NCBI GenBank assembly: GCA_011605725.1
Contig: JAAOZP010000004.1
Span: forward strand, 96,001-160,000
Length of the DNA stretch: 64,000 bases
From: Nitrososphaerota archaeon
Lineage (GTDB): Archaea > Thermoproteota > EX4484-205 > JAAOZP01
Direction: 5' to 3'
The notes below the pieces were generated by a model. It was not told the DNA's origin. It did no database searches and saw only the letters and a list, made by a program, of their open reading frames with translations. Below are positions 9,249-19,200 of the stretch, piece by piece (within the stretch, counting starts at the first letter, position 1; every line of letters begins with the position of its first letter). Made by a program: the position numbers and the translations under genes.

Positions 9249-10271
9249 TTATGCTTCCTCTTTAAGCATGTTTTCAAGGCTTTCATATTGCAAAACAGTG
9301 AAGCAGGCGTGTGTTACAACACCCGTCTTCGAGCCCTTTGGGAGAAACAGGCGGGAAGCCTTGTAGGCGTCGAGAAGAGTATCGTGAGCCCGGCAGTCTA
9401 GGACTGTTCTAAGGAGAGACTCGGGAATCGCTGAAACCACGTGCACAGTCTTCCCGTTTAAAAGCTTCCTGCAGAAGCCGATATACTTGACTATCAGAGG
9501 GGAATCAGCCGTGACTTTTTCAGCAACCATGAGGGGAGATATTCCTAGTCCCTTCGACCCTTCAATAGCAAGTATAATCCTGTCGAACTCTATACCTTGC
9601 AAGCAGTTGGGAATCACGGCCATCGCCCTGCTTAAAGACTCGTCGAAAGGACTTCCACCAGCCGACAGTACCAGAACCTGGATGGGGGTTGAAATCGACG
9701 TTGCGAACTCTGCTTGAACACTTTTTAAAGTCTCGTAAGCTTCAACAGGGCTTTGTGAAAGAACCCTGGGACCGCTGGCCAGTGTAATGAGAATAAGGAT
9801 CTTCAGGTCAATATTGTTGCAAAGCTCTTTTAAAAAAGGTTTTAAATCGATTTTTCCACCCGTCTCAGCTGCTTCAATAAACTCTGATGTGAACTTCCTC
9901 CAAATCTCAGGGTAAAGCGGGAAAAGATTCTCACCCAAACCTCTAAACCCTATTAAGGGATCAGGATGTGGACAGCTCACAAGGCAGGCTGACCTTACGG
10001 AGTCAGGGATCGTTGAAGTAGGGTTTAAAAAATCGAAGCTTAACAACTCCCTGGAGCCCACGGTGATATTCTCCTTAAACACAGGAGGAAGTGTTGGGTC
10101 CAACAGTAGATCAGCCTCATTACTTAAAGAATCTTTCAGAGTGTTCTTTAAGGATGAAACCAGCATGGAGTAATCAGATACGGGTTCCCTTGGCACGACC
10201 CAAGCTAAATCATCAGGGTCAATCCTGATGCTTATGCTTGTCGACCCATATGGCAACCAGATTGCCGGCAA
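9249..10271 (-). CDS. LarA/lactate racemase-like protein, degenerate
   Basis: IWLPYGS N-terminus and SAGGSPFD..L..A match the LarA fold; catalytic motifs look eroded. Confidence 0.55.
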   Translation of the reverse strand: MPAIWLPYGSTSISIRIDPDDLAWVVPREPVSDYSMLVSSLKNTLKDSLSNEADLLLDPTLPPVFKENITVGSRELLSFDFLNPTSTIPDSVRSACLVSCPHPDPLIGFRGLGENLFPLYPEIWRKFTSEFIEAAETGGKIDLKPFLKELCNNIDLKILILITLASGPRVLSQSPVEAYETLKSVQAEFATSISTPIQVLVLSAGGSPFDESLSRAMAVIPNCLQGIEFDRIILAIEGSKGLGISPLMVAEKVTADSPLIVKYIGFCRKLLNGKTVHVVSAIPESLLRTVLDCRAHDTLLDAYKASRLFLPKGSKTGVVTHACFTVLQYESLENMLKEEA

Positions 10272-10415
10272 CCCTGCTCATCCCTAGTCTTAGAATAGTA
10301 GCGCGGCGCTTTTTAATAACTGTTTACGGTGGAAAGCGGCGTAGAGGTATTTTGTCAACCATTTTTGACATTGCTTGGAAAAAGTTAAATAGGATTGCTG
10401 AATAATAAAGAGCGT

Positions 10416-10850
10416 ATGTTCAGTTGGGAGTCGGACTTTGAAGAAGCGGTTAAGACGATAAATATTTACCGTAAAAAACTTCAAACTTTGAAAACAATGA
10501 GGGAAAGCGGAAAAATATCCGACAAAACGGCGGATTTCCTTATGAAAGAGTTTGAAAACTACGTGAAGTCGATAGAGGCTAGGAAACAAACAGTGATGGA
10601 GAAGCTTGCAAACAGGATGAAAGAGGTTCAGCAGCAGATAGATGTTATTGAGAAGCTGATAGCTAACAATGAGATCAGGTACTCAGCACAGGAGATTACG
10701 GATGAAAGGTATAACAAGATAGCCACCGCCCTGAACTACGCCATGGAGGAGAGCAAGAACGAGTATGAAAGCCTTAAGGAAGCCATGGCGATACTAGAGA
10801 AGCTGCCCGACCTTATGAGTCAAGGCGAGAGCGAACCCTTGGAAACCTAG
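10416..10850 (+). CDS. CdvA-like coiled-coil protein
   Basis: MFSW..F, KKLQTL...GKIS..T, EIRY...I..E.Y pattern typical of TACK CdvA-like proteins. Confidence 0.7.
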   Translation: MFSWESDFEEAVKTINIYRKKLQTLKTMRESGKISDKTADFLMKEFENYVKSIEARKQTVMEKLANRMKEVQQQIDVIEKLIANNEIRYSAQEITDERYNKIATALNYAMEESKNEYESLKEAMAILEKLPDLMSQGESEPLET

Positions 10851-11179
10851 GGAGAAACCCCTGTTTCCTTAGATACTTTTTCAAGCCTTATGCCCTTGTC
10901 GAACACCAAGTCATATATCTGGTTAATCTGGGGACTCCCAAGAGCCCTATACTCGCTCTCCGTAAGGTAGACGATCAGCCTGGGGCTCCCCTGTCTGGGA
11001 ACGAGCCCAGCCTGCTGAAGACTGCTTAAAAGACCTCGAACCATCTCCTGAGCATACAGAACATCCTCAGAAGACCTGTCGAAAACACCTGAGGGAGCTA
11101 TCGACGTGAAATCCACTCTCACACCCGGCTCGCCCTCAACCTCAACGCTTCCTATGAAAGTTACTTTAACCCTAACCAT
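10847..11179 (-). CDS. Arcadin-1-like protein
   Basis: 110 aa; PRLIVYLTESEYRALG resembles the PRITLWLTEEE..VFG segment of Pyrobaculum arcadin-1 (from memory). Confidence 0.6.
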   Translation of the reverse strand: MVRVKVTFIGSVEVEGEPGVRVDFTSIAPSGVFDRSSEDVLYAQEMVRGLLSSLQQAGLVPRQGSPRLIVYLTESEYRALGSPQINQIYDLVFDKGIRLEKVSKETGVSP

Positions 11180-11291
11180 CTGCCTGTATGTTCACAAACC
11201 CGCTTAATAAAGTTATTTTGGGGCGTGTTGTAGTCACCGTCCGAATATTGGGAAAACCTTTTTAAGCATACCGCATCGGCTCAGCCTCTGA

Positions 11292-12611
11292 ATGGGAATG
11301 GTTAGTGAGAAAGATTTTGAGAAAAACGAGGAGGATAGGAAGAAGGCTGTTGAAACCCTCCTTCAACTGAGCAGGCAGAAGCATGATCCAGATGCTTGGA
11401 AGAAGCTGAAGGAAATACTATACCCTCCTAGAAGGCTGGATGTCGACGTGATTATAGATGACACTACTTTAAGAGAGGGACTCCAGATGGCTGGATTAAC
11501 GACACCGGTGGCTGAGGACTTGGCTGAGATAGGCAGGCTACTCTACGAGATTGGTGTTGAGAGAATAGAGGTTATGACATATACTCCGACTGATAGGGAT
11601 GCGATAAGAATAATGGTTGACAATGGGCTTGAAGGAGTGCTCGCAGGATGGAGTAGGGCTGATAAGCGTGATGTAGATGAAATCCTCAAGCTGGATTTGA
11701 AGCAGATAGGGATAAGCCATCCCGTATCATACTATCATTTCGCTAAATGGCCTGGAGAGCATGTTTATAGTCTAGTGAACAGAGTGGTTGAAACAGTCGA
11801 GTACGCGGTAGACCATGGTTTAAAGGTTTTCGTACACGGTGAGGACAGTACGAGAGCAGACTGGGATTTTGAAAGAAAGTTTGTGAACGCCATTGCAGAA
11901 GCCGGCGCAGAGGTTTATAGAATATGCGATACTTTAGGCGTTGGGTGCTCTCTTCCAGACCATCCTCTTCCAAACGGGATACCTGAAAAGATCAGGTTTT
12001 TGAGAAAAGAGACTAAAGTGAAGAGCCTAGAGATACATGCTCACGACGACCTAGGGAATGCTGTAGAGAACACTATGGCTGCTGTAAGGGCAGCCTCAGG
12101 ACTTTATGAAAAGTTTTACGTCAGCACAACATTCCTAGGAATAGGTGAAAGATCCGGTAATGCTGAAACTGAGAAAATAATACTCAACCTGTATATTCAC
12201 CATGGTCTTCAAAAGTGGAACCTATCGCTTTTAAGAGAGACGGCGAATTTCATAGCTACAGCGCTAAACTACCATCTTCCAACGAATAAAGCGATAGTCG
12301 GAGACTCGGCTTTCGCCCATGAGTCAGGAATCCACTTGCAGGGTATAAGGATAGCACCCGCGATCTACGAGGTTTTCCCACCGGAGTTAGTGGGGCAGAC
12401 GAGGAAGATCATAATTGGAAGGAGAACAGGTAAGCACGGGATAGTTTTGAAGCTCAGGGAACTCGTAAACCAGGATGTTGATGAGGACGACCCGAGGCTT
12501 AAGAAGCTGGTGGAACTTGTAAGAAGCAGCCTGCTTCAGGTTGACAGAAAATACTATTTGACTGAGGAAGAGTTTAAAAAGCTCGCGAGCGAAGCCGGTT
12601 TCAAATTTTAG
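11292..12611 (+). CDS. DRE-TIM synthase, probable Re-citrate synthase-like (no LeuA regulatory domain)
   Basis: DTTLREGLQ, HGEDSTRAD, RICDTLG..P.LP, HAHDDLG, GERSGNA, FAHESGIH. Confidence 0.8.
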   Translation: MGMVSEKDFEKNEEDRKKAVETLLQLSRQKHDPDAWKKLKEILYPPRRLDVDVIIDDTTLREGLQMAGLTTPVAEDLAEIGRLLYEIGVERIEVMTYTPTDRDAIRIMVDNGLEGVLAGWSRADKRDVDEILKLDLKQIGISHPVSYYHFAKWPGEHVYSLVNRVVETVEYAVDHGLKVFVHGEDSTRADWDFERKFVNAIAEAGAEVYRICDTLGVGCSLPDHPLPNGIPEKIRFLRKETKVKSLEIHAHDDLGNAVENTMAAVRAASGLYEKFYVSTTFLGIGERSGNAETEKIILNLYIHHGLQKWNLSLLRETANFIATALNYHLPTNKAIVGDSAFAHESGIHLQGIRIAPAIYEVFPPELVGQTRKIIIGRRTGKHGIVLKLRELVNQDVDEDDPRLKKLVELVRSSLLQVDRKYYLTEEEFKKLASEAGFKF

Positions 12612-14265
12612 AGTATTTCTCCACAATGGGAGTTAAATCCATCTCGAAGCCGGCCGCAGGATTCTCTAAACCGTTCAGCTCCAGCACTTCAGGATGAACC
12701 TCTCCCAGAACTCCTAGTGGATTATTGTTGAAAACAATTTTTGCAACCCTGCTTGGTGTAAACAATGGGTCTTCATCTTTCTCGAACAGGACTGGCTCAA
12801 TACAAAGATTGTTCAGCAGGCTTGACACGACGGACTTAATCTCTGAGAAGGATGCTGAAGAATGCATGGATACTCCTGCGAGAGAGACTCGCGCAACCAC
12901 AGATCCCTCAGAAACTCTTATGACTGGACCGGTTTCAAAAATCCTCTGGGGATACTTCTCATGCTTGTTGAAAGCAAGATTTCTAATCAAACCTGGGAGA
13001 AGAGAGTCCCTAAGCATCGTGAGCTCAAGGCTGGAGGAGTTTGCCAGAGTAGCCCTCTCGCCGACAGGCCTCCTAACCATGCGGTAATTCTGATCCTCGT
13101 TGGTAATCAGGAAGTTGAAGACCTCAGTGTAGCCTAAACCTATCATGATCAGCCTAGCCTTGTCTTGGACAACTGTTTCAGGATGCTTCAAACCTATCGT
13201 GGAAGCCTCGGGATAAGTTGGAGTCAGCCTCCAAAGACCATATCCTATAGCAACCTCCTCTACAAGGTCTACATTATGCATGATGTCTACCCTGTATGGG
13301 GGAACCCCGACTCTGAACACGTCCCCCTCGTTCACCACTGAGAACCTACATTTCAGAAGACTCCTGTAGATCTCAGCATTACTTAGATTCTCGCCCAGGA
13401 GAGAATTAACGTAACTCGCCTCAACACTCATGATCCTAGGGTTGAAATCCGGAAAAGTCTTCTCAGAACCATCGTCGTAGATTATCTTAACCGCCTCAAT
13501 ACTCGCACCCATGTCTTTAAACACGTATAGAAGTATGTTCAGGGCTCTTGAAGCATAATACTCGTCCAGAGCAGTTACATCTATGAAGAGGTTTCTGGTT
13601 TCAGGGGTTAACCGGGTAAGCTCAGAGTTTATTATAGGCGGGAAGGATAAAACCTCCCCGGTTGAATCAACTATCACAGGATACTTGTCGAAACCCTTGA
13701 TAATATGACCGTATTCCAAGCCCTTGTCAACCTCTTTTAAAACCTCGTTTAAAGTCATCCTTCTATCTATTCCAAGCGGCTTGAACGAAACCGCATCGGG
13801 CTCTGCAGCCACATAGTATACCGGGGGCCTAATCTTGTCCAAGTCATGTATCCCGATGGATACCTTACGCCTATTCCTACCAATACCCTGATGTAGGACC
13901 TCTTGAACATTAATCACCTCCTTTAAATCCTCCTCAGTGAGCTCAACATTCCTCACCACCGCTGAGCATAGAACACCCCTGATCCCTCTAAGCCTATTGT
14001 CGAAGTGGAAAACTATATTCGGACTTGAGAAAACAGCTTCAGGATATCCCAATCCAATCTCGAGAAAACCCGCGTACGCTCTGGCAATGCCAGCGTGGCT
14101 CGAGAAATCCGGCCTGTTCGGATTATACTCTATCTTAACGAATCCTTCACCAACATCCTCGATATCTGTCGCAAGCCACGGTAGGTCTTCGACAAGCTGC
14201 TTCAGCCCCACGTCAATCCCGAGAAACCTGCTCAGCCTCTCAGGGTAAACCTCTATCACCGGCAT
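12601..14265 (-). CDS. pheT: Phenylalanine--tRNA ligase beta subunit
   Basis: PNRPD, IGRNRRKVSIGIHDLD, PPYRVDIMHNVDLVEEVAIGYG, GEVHPEVL. Confidence 0.97.
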   Translation of the reverse strand: MPVIEVYPERLSRFLGIDVGLKQLVEDLPWLATDIEDVGEGFVKIEYNPNRPDFSSHAGIARAYAGFLEIGLGYPEAVFSSPNIVFHFDNRLRGIRGVLCSAVVRNVELTEEDLKEVINVQEVLHQGIGRNRRKVSIGIHDLDKIRPPVYYVAAEPDAVSFKPLGIDRRMTLNEVLKEVDKGLEYGHIIKGFDKYPVIVDSTGEVLSFPPIINSELTRLTPETRNLFIDVTALDEYYASRALNILLYVFKDMGASIEAVKIIYDDGSEKTFPDFNPRIMSVEASYVNSLLGENLSNAEIYRSLLKCRFSVVNEGDVFRVGVPPYRVDIMHNVDLVEEVAIGYGLWRLTPTYPEASTIGLKHPETVVQDKARLIMIGLGYTEVFNFLITNEDQNYRMVRRPVGERATLANSSSLELTMLRDSLLPGLIRNLAFNKHEKYPQRIFETGPVIRVSEGSVVARVSLAGVSMHSSASFSEIKSVVSSLLNNLCIEPVLFEKDEDPLFTPSRVAKIVFNNNPLGVLGEVHPEVLELNGLENPAAGFEMDLTPIVEKYSKI

Positions 14266-14277
14266 AGCTTAACCCTC
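14242..14277. repeat. Direct repeat copy 1 (pheS-end/pheT-start junction), left island boundary
   Basis: agggtaaacctctatcaccggcatagcttaaccctc; 34/36 identical to 21340-21375. Confidence 0.9.
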
Positions 14278-14350
14278 TAAGCAATCTAAACAGCGGATTA
14301 TTAATTTTACTGGAATAGTTCAGGTAACTAAAAAATAAGCGCGTCCCACT

Positions 14351-15145
14351 TCAATCCTCGAGTTTTTTGACGCTCTCCAGCTTCTTACGTAAATCGTTAA
14401 GATAGCGCTTGCTTATCCCAGGTACTCCGAGGCGTTGAGCTTCCCTAACAGCATCCGCTCTTTTCTTAATTTCTTCTAGCAACTTGTCCTCGCTCATGCC
14501 GCTGGAATTGAATGCTGAGTAGAAGAAATCCCAATCCTCGTGTGGCTTCAGATAATGCTTTACTTCAAAGCCATATTTTCCGCTGATTCTTTCAGCAATC
14601 TCCCTGACGTATTTTATGTAGAGCGCTATCATCCGCAACAGGCTTAGGGTCCTGCGTAAACGTTTATCCTCCATATCTATGCATTCTTCGAAATCCTTGC
14701 CCTCAGACAGACCCATTATGATCTCTTCGGTTTTCTCTATCCATTTCTGCACGAGCTCATCATACTTCTTCTTGTCTCCAATTTTTTCGGCTTCCTTTAG
14801 TTCCCTATCGAAAAGCGGTTGTATGGCCAAACTTATATGGAAATTTATATCGACCATGCCTTGTGAATATATCTCTATAGCTCCATTCTCATGGGCTTCG
14901 ATATAAGAAGAAAAGCCTAAGAGAGTCCAAGCGACCAGCATGCCTGAGCTGTCTTTCTTAGCCTCAATCCATGCCTCAAGGATTGCTCGTGGCGGCGAAC
15001 CCACCAGTCCTTCCTTTTCATATTTAACAAAACCCCCCTCTTCAAACTTCTTAAAGTCTTCCAATCTAACCTTTCCCTCAGACAGAAGCTCTACTAACCT
15101 TCTAAGGAATCCGATACTAAACTTTCCCTTAGTCACTTCATTCAT
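14351..15145 (-). CDS. Hypothetical protein, putative immunity protein
   Basis: Start overlaps the upstream nuclease ORF stop (ATGA); charged and cytoplasmic; homologous fragment at 55712-55930. Confidence 0.6.
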   Translation of the reverse strand: MNEVTKGKFSIGFLRRLVELLSEGKVRLEDFKKFEEGGFVKYEKEGLVGSPPRAILEAWIEAKKDSSGMLVAWTLLGFSSYIEAHENGAIEIYSQGMVDINFHISLAIQPLFDRELKEAEKIGDKKKYDELVQKWIEKTEEIIMGLSEGKDFEECIDMEDKRLRRTLSLLRMIALYIKYVREIAERISGKYGFEVKHYLKPHEDWDFFYSAFNSSGMSEDKLLEEIKKRADAVREAQRLGVPGISKRYLNDLRKKLESVKKLED

Positions 15146-16185
15146 CCTCTCCTTGTTATCTCTATGTAAGGATTCTTATAATTACCAACACTTTCAGGCA
15201 TGCTTAAACCTTCCTCTGAAGATGACCATATGTCATAGTCGAGTACGAACAGGACACCATATCTTGCTGTCTCAGACTCCATAAGGAAATCCGTGAGCTT
15301 CTTTCTCCCTTTGTTAACCTGCAGGTCAAAAACTGTAGGATCATGAATCGCAGTGCCCTTAACCTCGACGATGGCAGTAACCTCGCCTTTCTTAAAAGGA
15401 TCCTCATATTTATCGGTTATATCCCATTTCGCTTCTATCTGAAAATCTGGACCCACATTGCCCGCCCAATTATGAAGCCTTCTCGCATCTACAGCATCCC
15501 TGGGAATTCCTGTCTCCTCACAGAATTTATTGAGGAGTAAATCCTTTTTTTTCTCTACCCATAATTCTACGACCTGCCCGATCAACTCAGTATTTTCAGG
15601 ATCGGACTTAAGCATATTAAGACAACCCGCAAGGTCGTTAACTGTATCCGCATACTTCAACACTTCTACGTAAGCTATTTTAGTCGCATCCTCGGGCACT
15701 TTGACCGTCAATCGAGGATTAAAGCAATATGCATACTTATATTCACCATATTTATCGACAAAGCACACTATTAGAACCAACCTCTCTTTGAACTCAACAT
15801 TTTTATCTACCTTCTCAAGCCCCTGAACATAATAGCCGCTTAGAAAGATACGCTCTTTCAAACCTATGTCTTGATGTCCCTCGACGTTGCTAACGTCGTC
15901 AGCTATTTCTAATCTTTGAGGAACAATTATGTCTCTTCCGACAATACATGTAAACACATTTATATCATTTCCCATCCGATACTCAATAATCCATCGTCCC
16001 TTGTATACTTTAATACTACTAATAGGATGCGCTATAGGCTTATGCACGTACACTCTTCCGTCTTCATAAAAGGTGAAGATAATTGGTTCGCCATAAATAT
16101 CCTTAGCTCCTGTTACCACATCAAGAGCAGCCCCCCTCTCAGAGTTTCTAAGGTTCCAAGATTCCACCGGGATTTCGTTTAACAT
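15142..16185 (-). CDS. PD-(D/E)XK nuclease-like domain, probable C-terminal part of a polymorphic toxin
   Basis: GPDFQIEA...AIVEVKG...QV..G..KL..F; frame is open upstream (YNKIKAYDESDR) as far as the (GC)5 tract at 16222-16231. Confidence 0.65.
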   Translation of the reverse strand: MLNEIPVESWNLRNSERGAALDVVTGAKDIYGEPIIFTFYEDGRVYVHKPIAHPISSIKVYKGRWIIEYRMGNDINVFTCIVGRDIIVPQRLEIADDVSNVEGHQDIGLKERIFLSGYYVQGLEKVDKNVEFKERLVLIVCFVDKYGEYKYAYCFNPRLTVKVPEDATKIAYVEVLKYADTVNDLAGCLNMLKSDPENTELIGQVVELWVEKKKDLLLNKFCEETGIPRDAVDARRLHNWAGNVGPDFQIEAKWDITDKYEDPFKKGEVTAIVEVKGTAIHDPTVFDLQVNKGRKKLTDFLMESETARYGVLFVLDYDIWSSSEEGLSMPESVGNYKNPYIEITRRG

Positions 16186-16207
16186 CCTATCAGATTCATC
16201 GTATGCC

Positions 16208-19200
16208 TTAATCTTGTTGTAGCGCGCGCGCTAATATTCCTTCAGCACAATCTTTAGGCATCCAGAATTGACTCGACTTCGTATCCTTTCTAAATGAGAA
16301 TTCTACGACTCCTTTCTTACCCCCATACTCCCAATAGATCTTCGCCTTATATATCCCAGGTCCAACATCATTTCCTTTCCCCAAGCTCAACATAGCTCCA
16401 TCTCCCTTTTCCAACGTAACTTCACGTAACCTTTCCCAAGATACTTTATAATATTCTATACTACTTATCTTAGCTACTAGTTTATCTAGCACATCAGGAT
16501 TCTCGAGAACAGTAGTTAAGAAAATACCAGCAACATTTTCATCATACTTACCTTTAATGTCGAAATAGTTATCAATAATTTTCCCTATTTTAATCCCAAC
16601 TCCTTTCCTTGCATCTCCTTTTATCATTATCAGAATTTCATCTAGGGCTTTTATCTTGTCAGGGTCTTTTGTATTCTTGTTAAGCCAATTGTTCAAAGAT
16701 TCTATTGCATCGTCACCATCCTTAATCCACATCGAAACTATACTCCTTACGATTATCCCACCTTTTCCCTGAAACTCTTCTAGAGAATAATGCTTTATGA
16801 TCGTGCTAATTGCATTTAGTATCCTGCCTGAGCTTTCTACACTCGGAACGTTTTCTAAAGTGTGTTTTGAGATTTCCGAAGCTGTTTCAAGGATATCTTC
16901 AATCTTTGAAGGATTGTTTATTCTCTTTATTAGATCTCCAACGACGTCTCCGAACTTTCTGCTGTACTTATTCCCAAGTAAAAGGTCAACAACCTTGTGG
17001 AACGATGGCTTTAGCCTCAGCACCAATACATCAAATATTGCTGGGGTTATCCAGTTCCAAATCCCCCTGCCTACGATTCTGAGCACGTCCTCAACGCTAA
17101 GCGGCTTGCCTCCTGCTTTCTCAGCCCTTATCCTGTTGACCACCGCGTAGAAGGTAGTGACATATGCTGCGCAACTAACTATCGCTCCGACAACCCTTCC
17201 AGTGGCGTATCCGATTCTATAATCCCTATCTTTCGTCGAAGGAGGTTCCTTCAACCCGAAGGCTATTCTTATCTCATCCCATGAGACGTCTAGAGCCAGG
17301 TCTGAGAGCACGTTGGAGAGGAGGTTATCGTTAATATCCTTGGCTTCTAGCCTGAATATTTGGGAAAGCTCGAACAGCTCGTTAGCATGCTGGGCCATGC
17401 CGATTTCATTGAACTCCTTGCTCCTGCCCTCGCAGACATCTGCAATTTCGTTAAACGAGTCCATTGCAGCCAACGCGTTGTGGACATCTGTCCAGATTTC
17501 AGCTATGTTCATCGCTATACCAGTGGCGAGGATTGCTGGCGATGCTGCTACAGCCCACTTAGGCGGGAGAACGAAGCCGACAACAATCATTATTCCGCAA
17601 GTAACTATTATCCCCCATCCCTTTGAGACGAAGCCGTCCCAGAAGCCCCTCCAGAACATAGGCAGCTCGCCACTTCTAAAGCTCGCTTGAAGAGTTGCAA
17701 CAACCCTACCCCCGTGCTTCAAGTTAATGAAGATCGGATATTCTGCATCTTCCTCAAGTTGGACTAGGTGTAATGGGATCGAGCCGAATGCTGGAACGCT
17801 AATAGCATGCTCCTCCGGAATTCTCGCCGGCCCAGCGAAGACCTCTAGCTCATATTCCGCGTTGCATGCAGCATAGTTTCTTATCAATACCCCTTGTACT
17901 AAATCGCCCCCGCCATATGCAAGAGGATGGTAAATGAGTTCTATCTCTTTTCCATGCGAGCCTCTTGTCGCTGCTTTATCCAAGTCCCACCTAGTCTCTC
18001 CGGTATCCTCGTATTTGTAATCGTGGTCTTCCCACCCATTGTACTTTAGCCATTCATAGAATTCACCATTAACCGTTATGACTTCGCTCTGGTTCAGCAC
18101 CTCTTCCTTTAGCAGCTTAACCTCGTAATTGGAAGGTATCTTGCTTGGCTCAAGCCTATCATCCTCCAGGATACCGAGTAGCTTCTTAACCTCATCCTCA
18201 TGGAGTATTCTCTCATAGAGGAAACCTGGCTTGACATCGATCAACGCATATCTAACGTTCAGCGTCTTAGTCATTTTCGAGATATCGCTGACATTCTCAA
18301 TTGTCGATGTGAAACCATCAGGCGAAATAGGGATCAGCTCTACTCCATTGAAATCTTGGAGATACCCCGGCGCCATATCCGTCGTCATGAAGTATAACTT
18401 AACATGCGTAGCCCCTTGGTACCCTGGTACGAAGACCCTCTTGGTCTCATTGTAGCCCTCAACGTTTACAACATAAGTTCTCCATTCCTCCGGGGCAACG
18501 AAGCTCATGGTTGAGATCGTTGTTAACGCTGTGGATATGTATCTCTTTCCTTCTTCATCACAATAGACTGCTGTGATGTTGAGCTTGGCGATGGGAGAAA
18601 GGAGCTTCGTTAATATATTCTTCGACCATAAGCCAACGATGGCTCCGATTTCCAGCTCCTTTCTATCAACGTCTCCAGTTATGAGCAGCTTGACGTCTCT
18701 CGCCTTCCGTCCTCCCTTATTGAGAAGGGTTATTGTGAGGTTTGCGTACTTCGCTATCACTTGGCTTGAAAGCTTAACCTCAAGCCTCGGAGGCTCAGGT
18801 AGAACCTCTATGGTGTAGGTTACGGTCTTCCCCCCGTTCCAGAACACTAAATCCAAGTTGCCCGGCTGAACAACAGCAAAATAGACCGTAATCTTGTAAA
18901 CCCCAGGTTTCTTGGCTTTCAGGTAAAGCGGAGCGATGCGTGTAGGGCTTGGGAGTGGAGCCCATGTCTCAAACGCGTCACTATCGGAGAACCTAACACC
19001 CAGCAAGATTTCGTAGCTTCCTCGGATCTCCTGAGGATTCCTTATTTGGGCTGTTATCGTTATCGTATCACCGATCCCAACTTTGGTTGATGAGATTGTT
19101 GTATCAACTATTATTGGGTCGTAGGCTGGGAGGAGAACCCTGAACTCGCTTATTTGAGATTGCATGGCTTCGCGTGTTTCCTCAAAGTGACTCGGGACTG

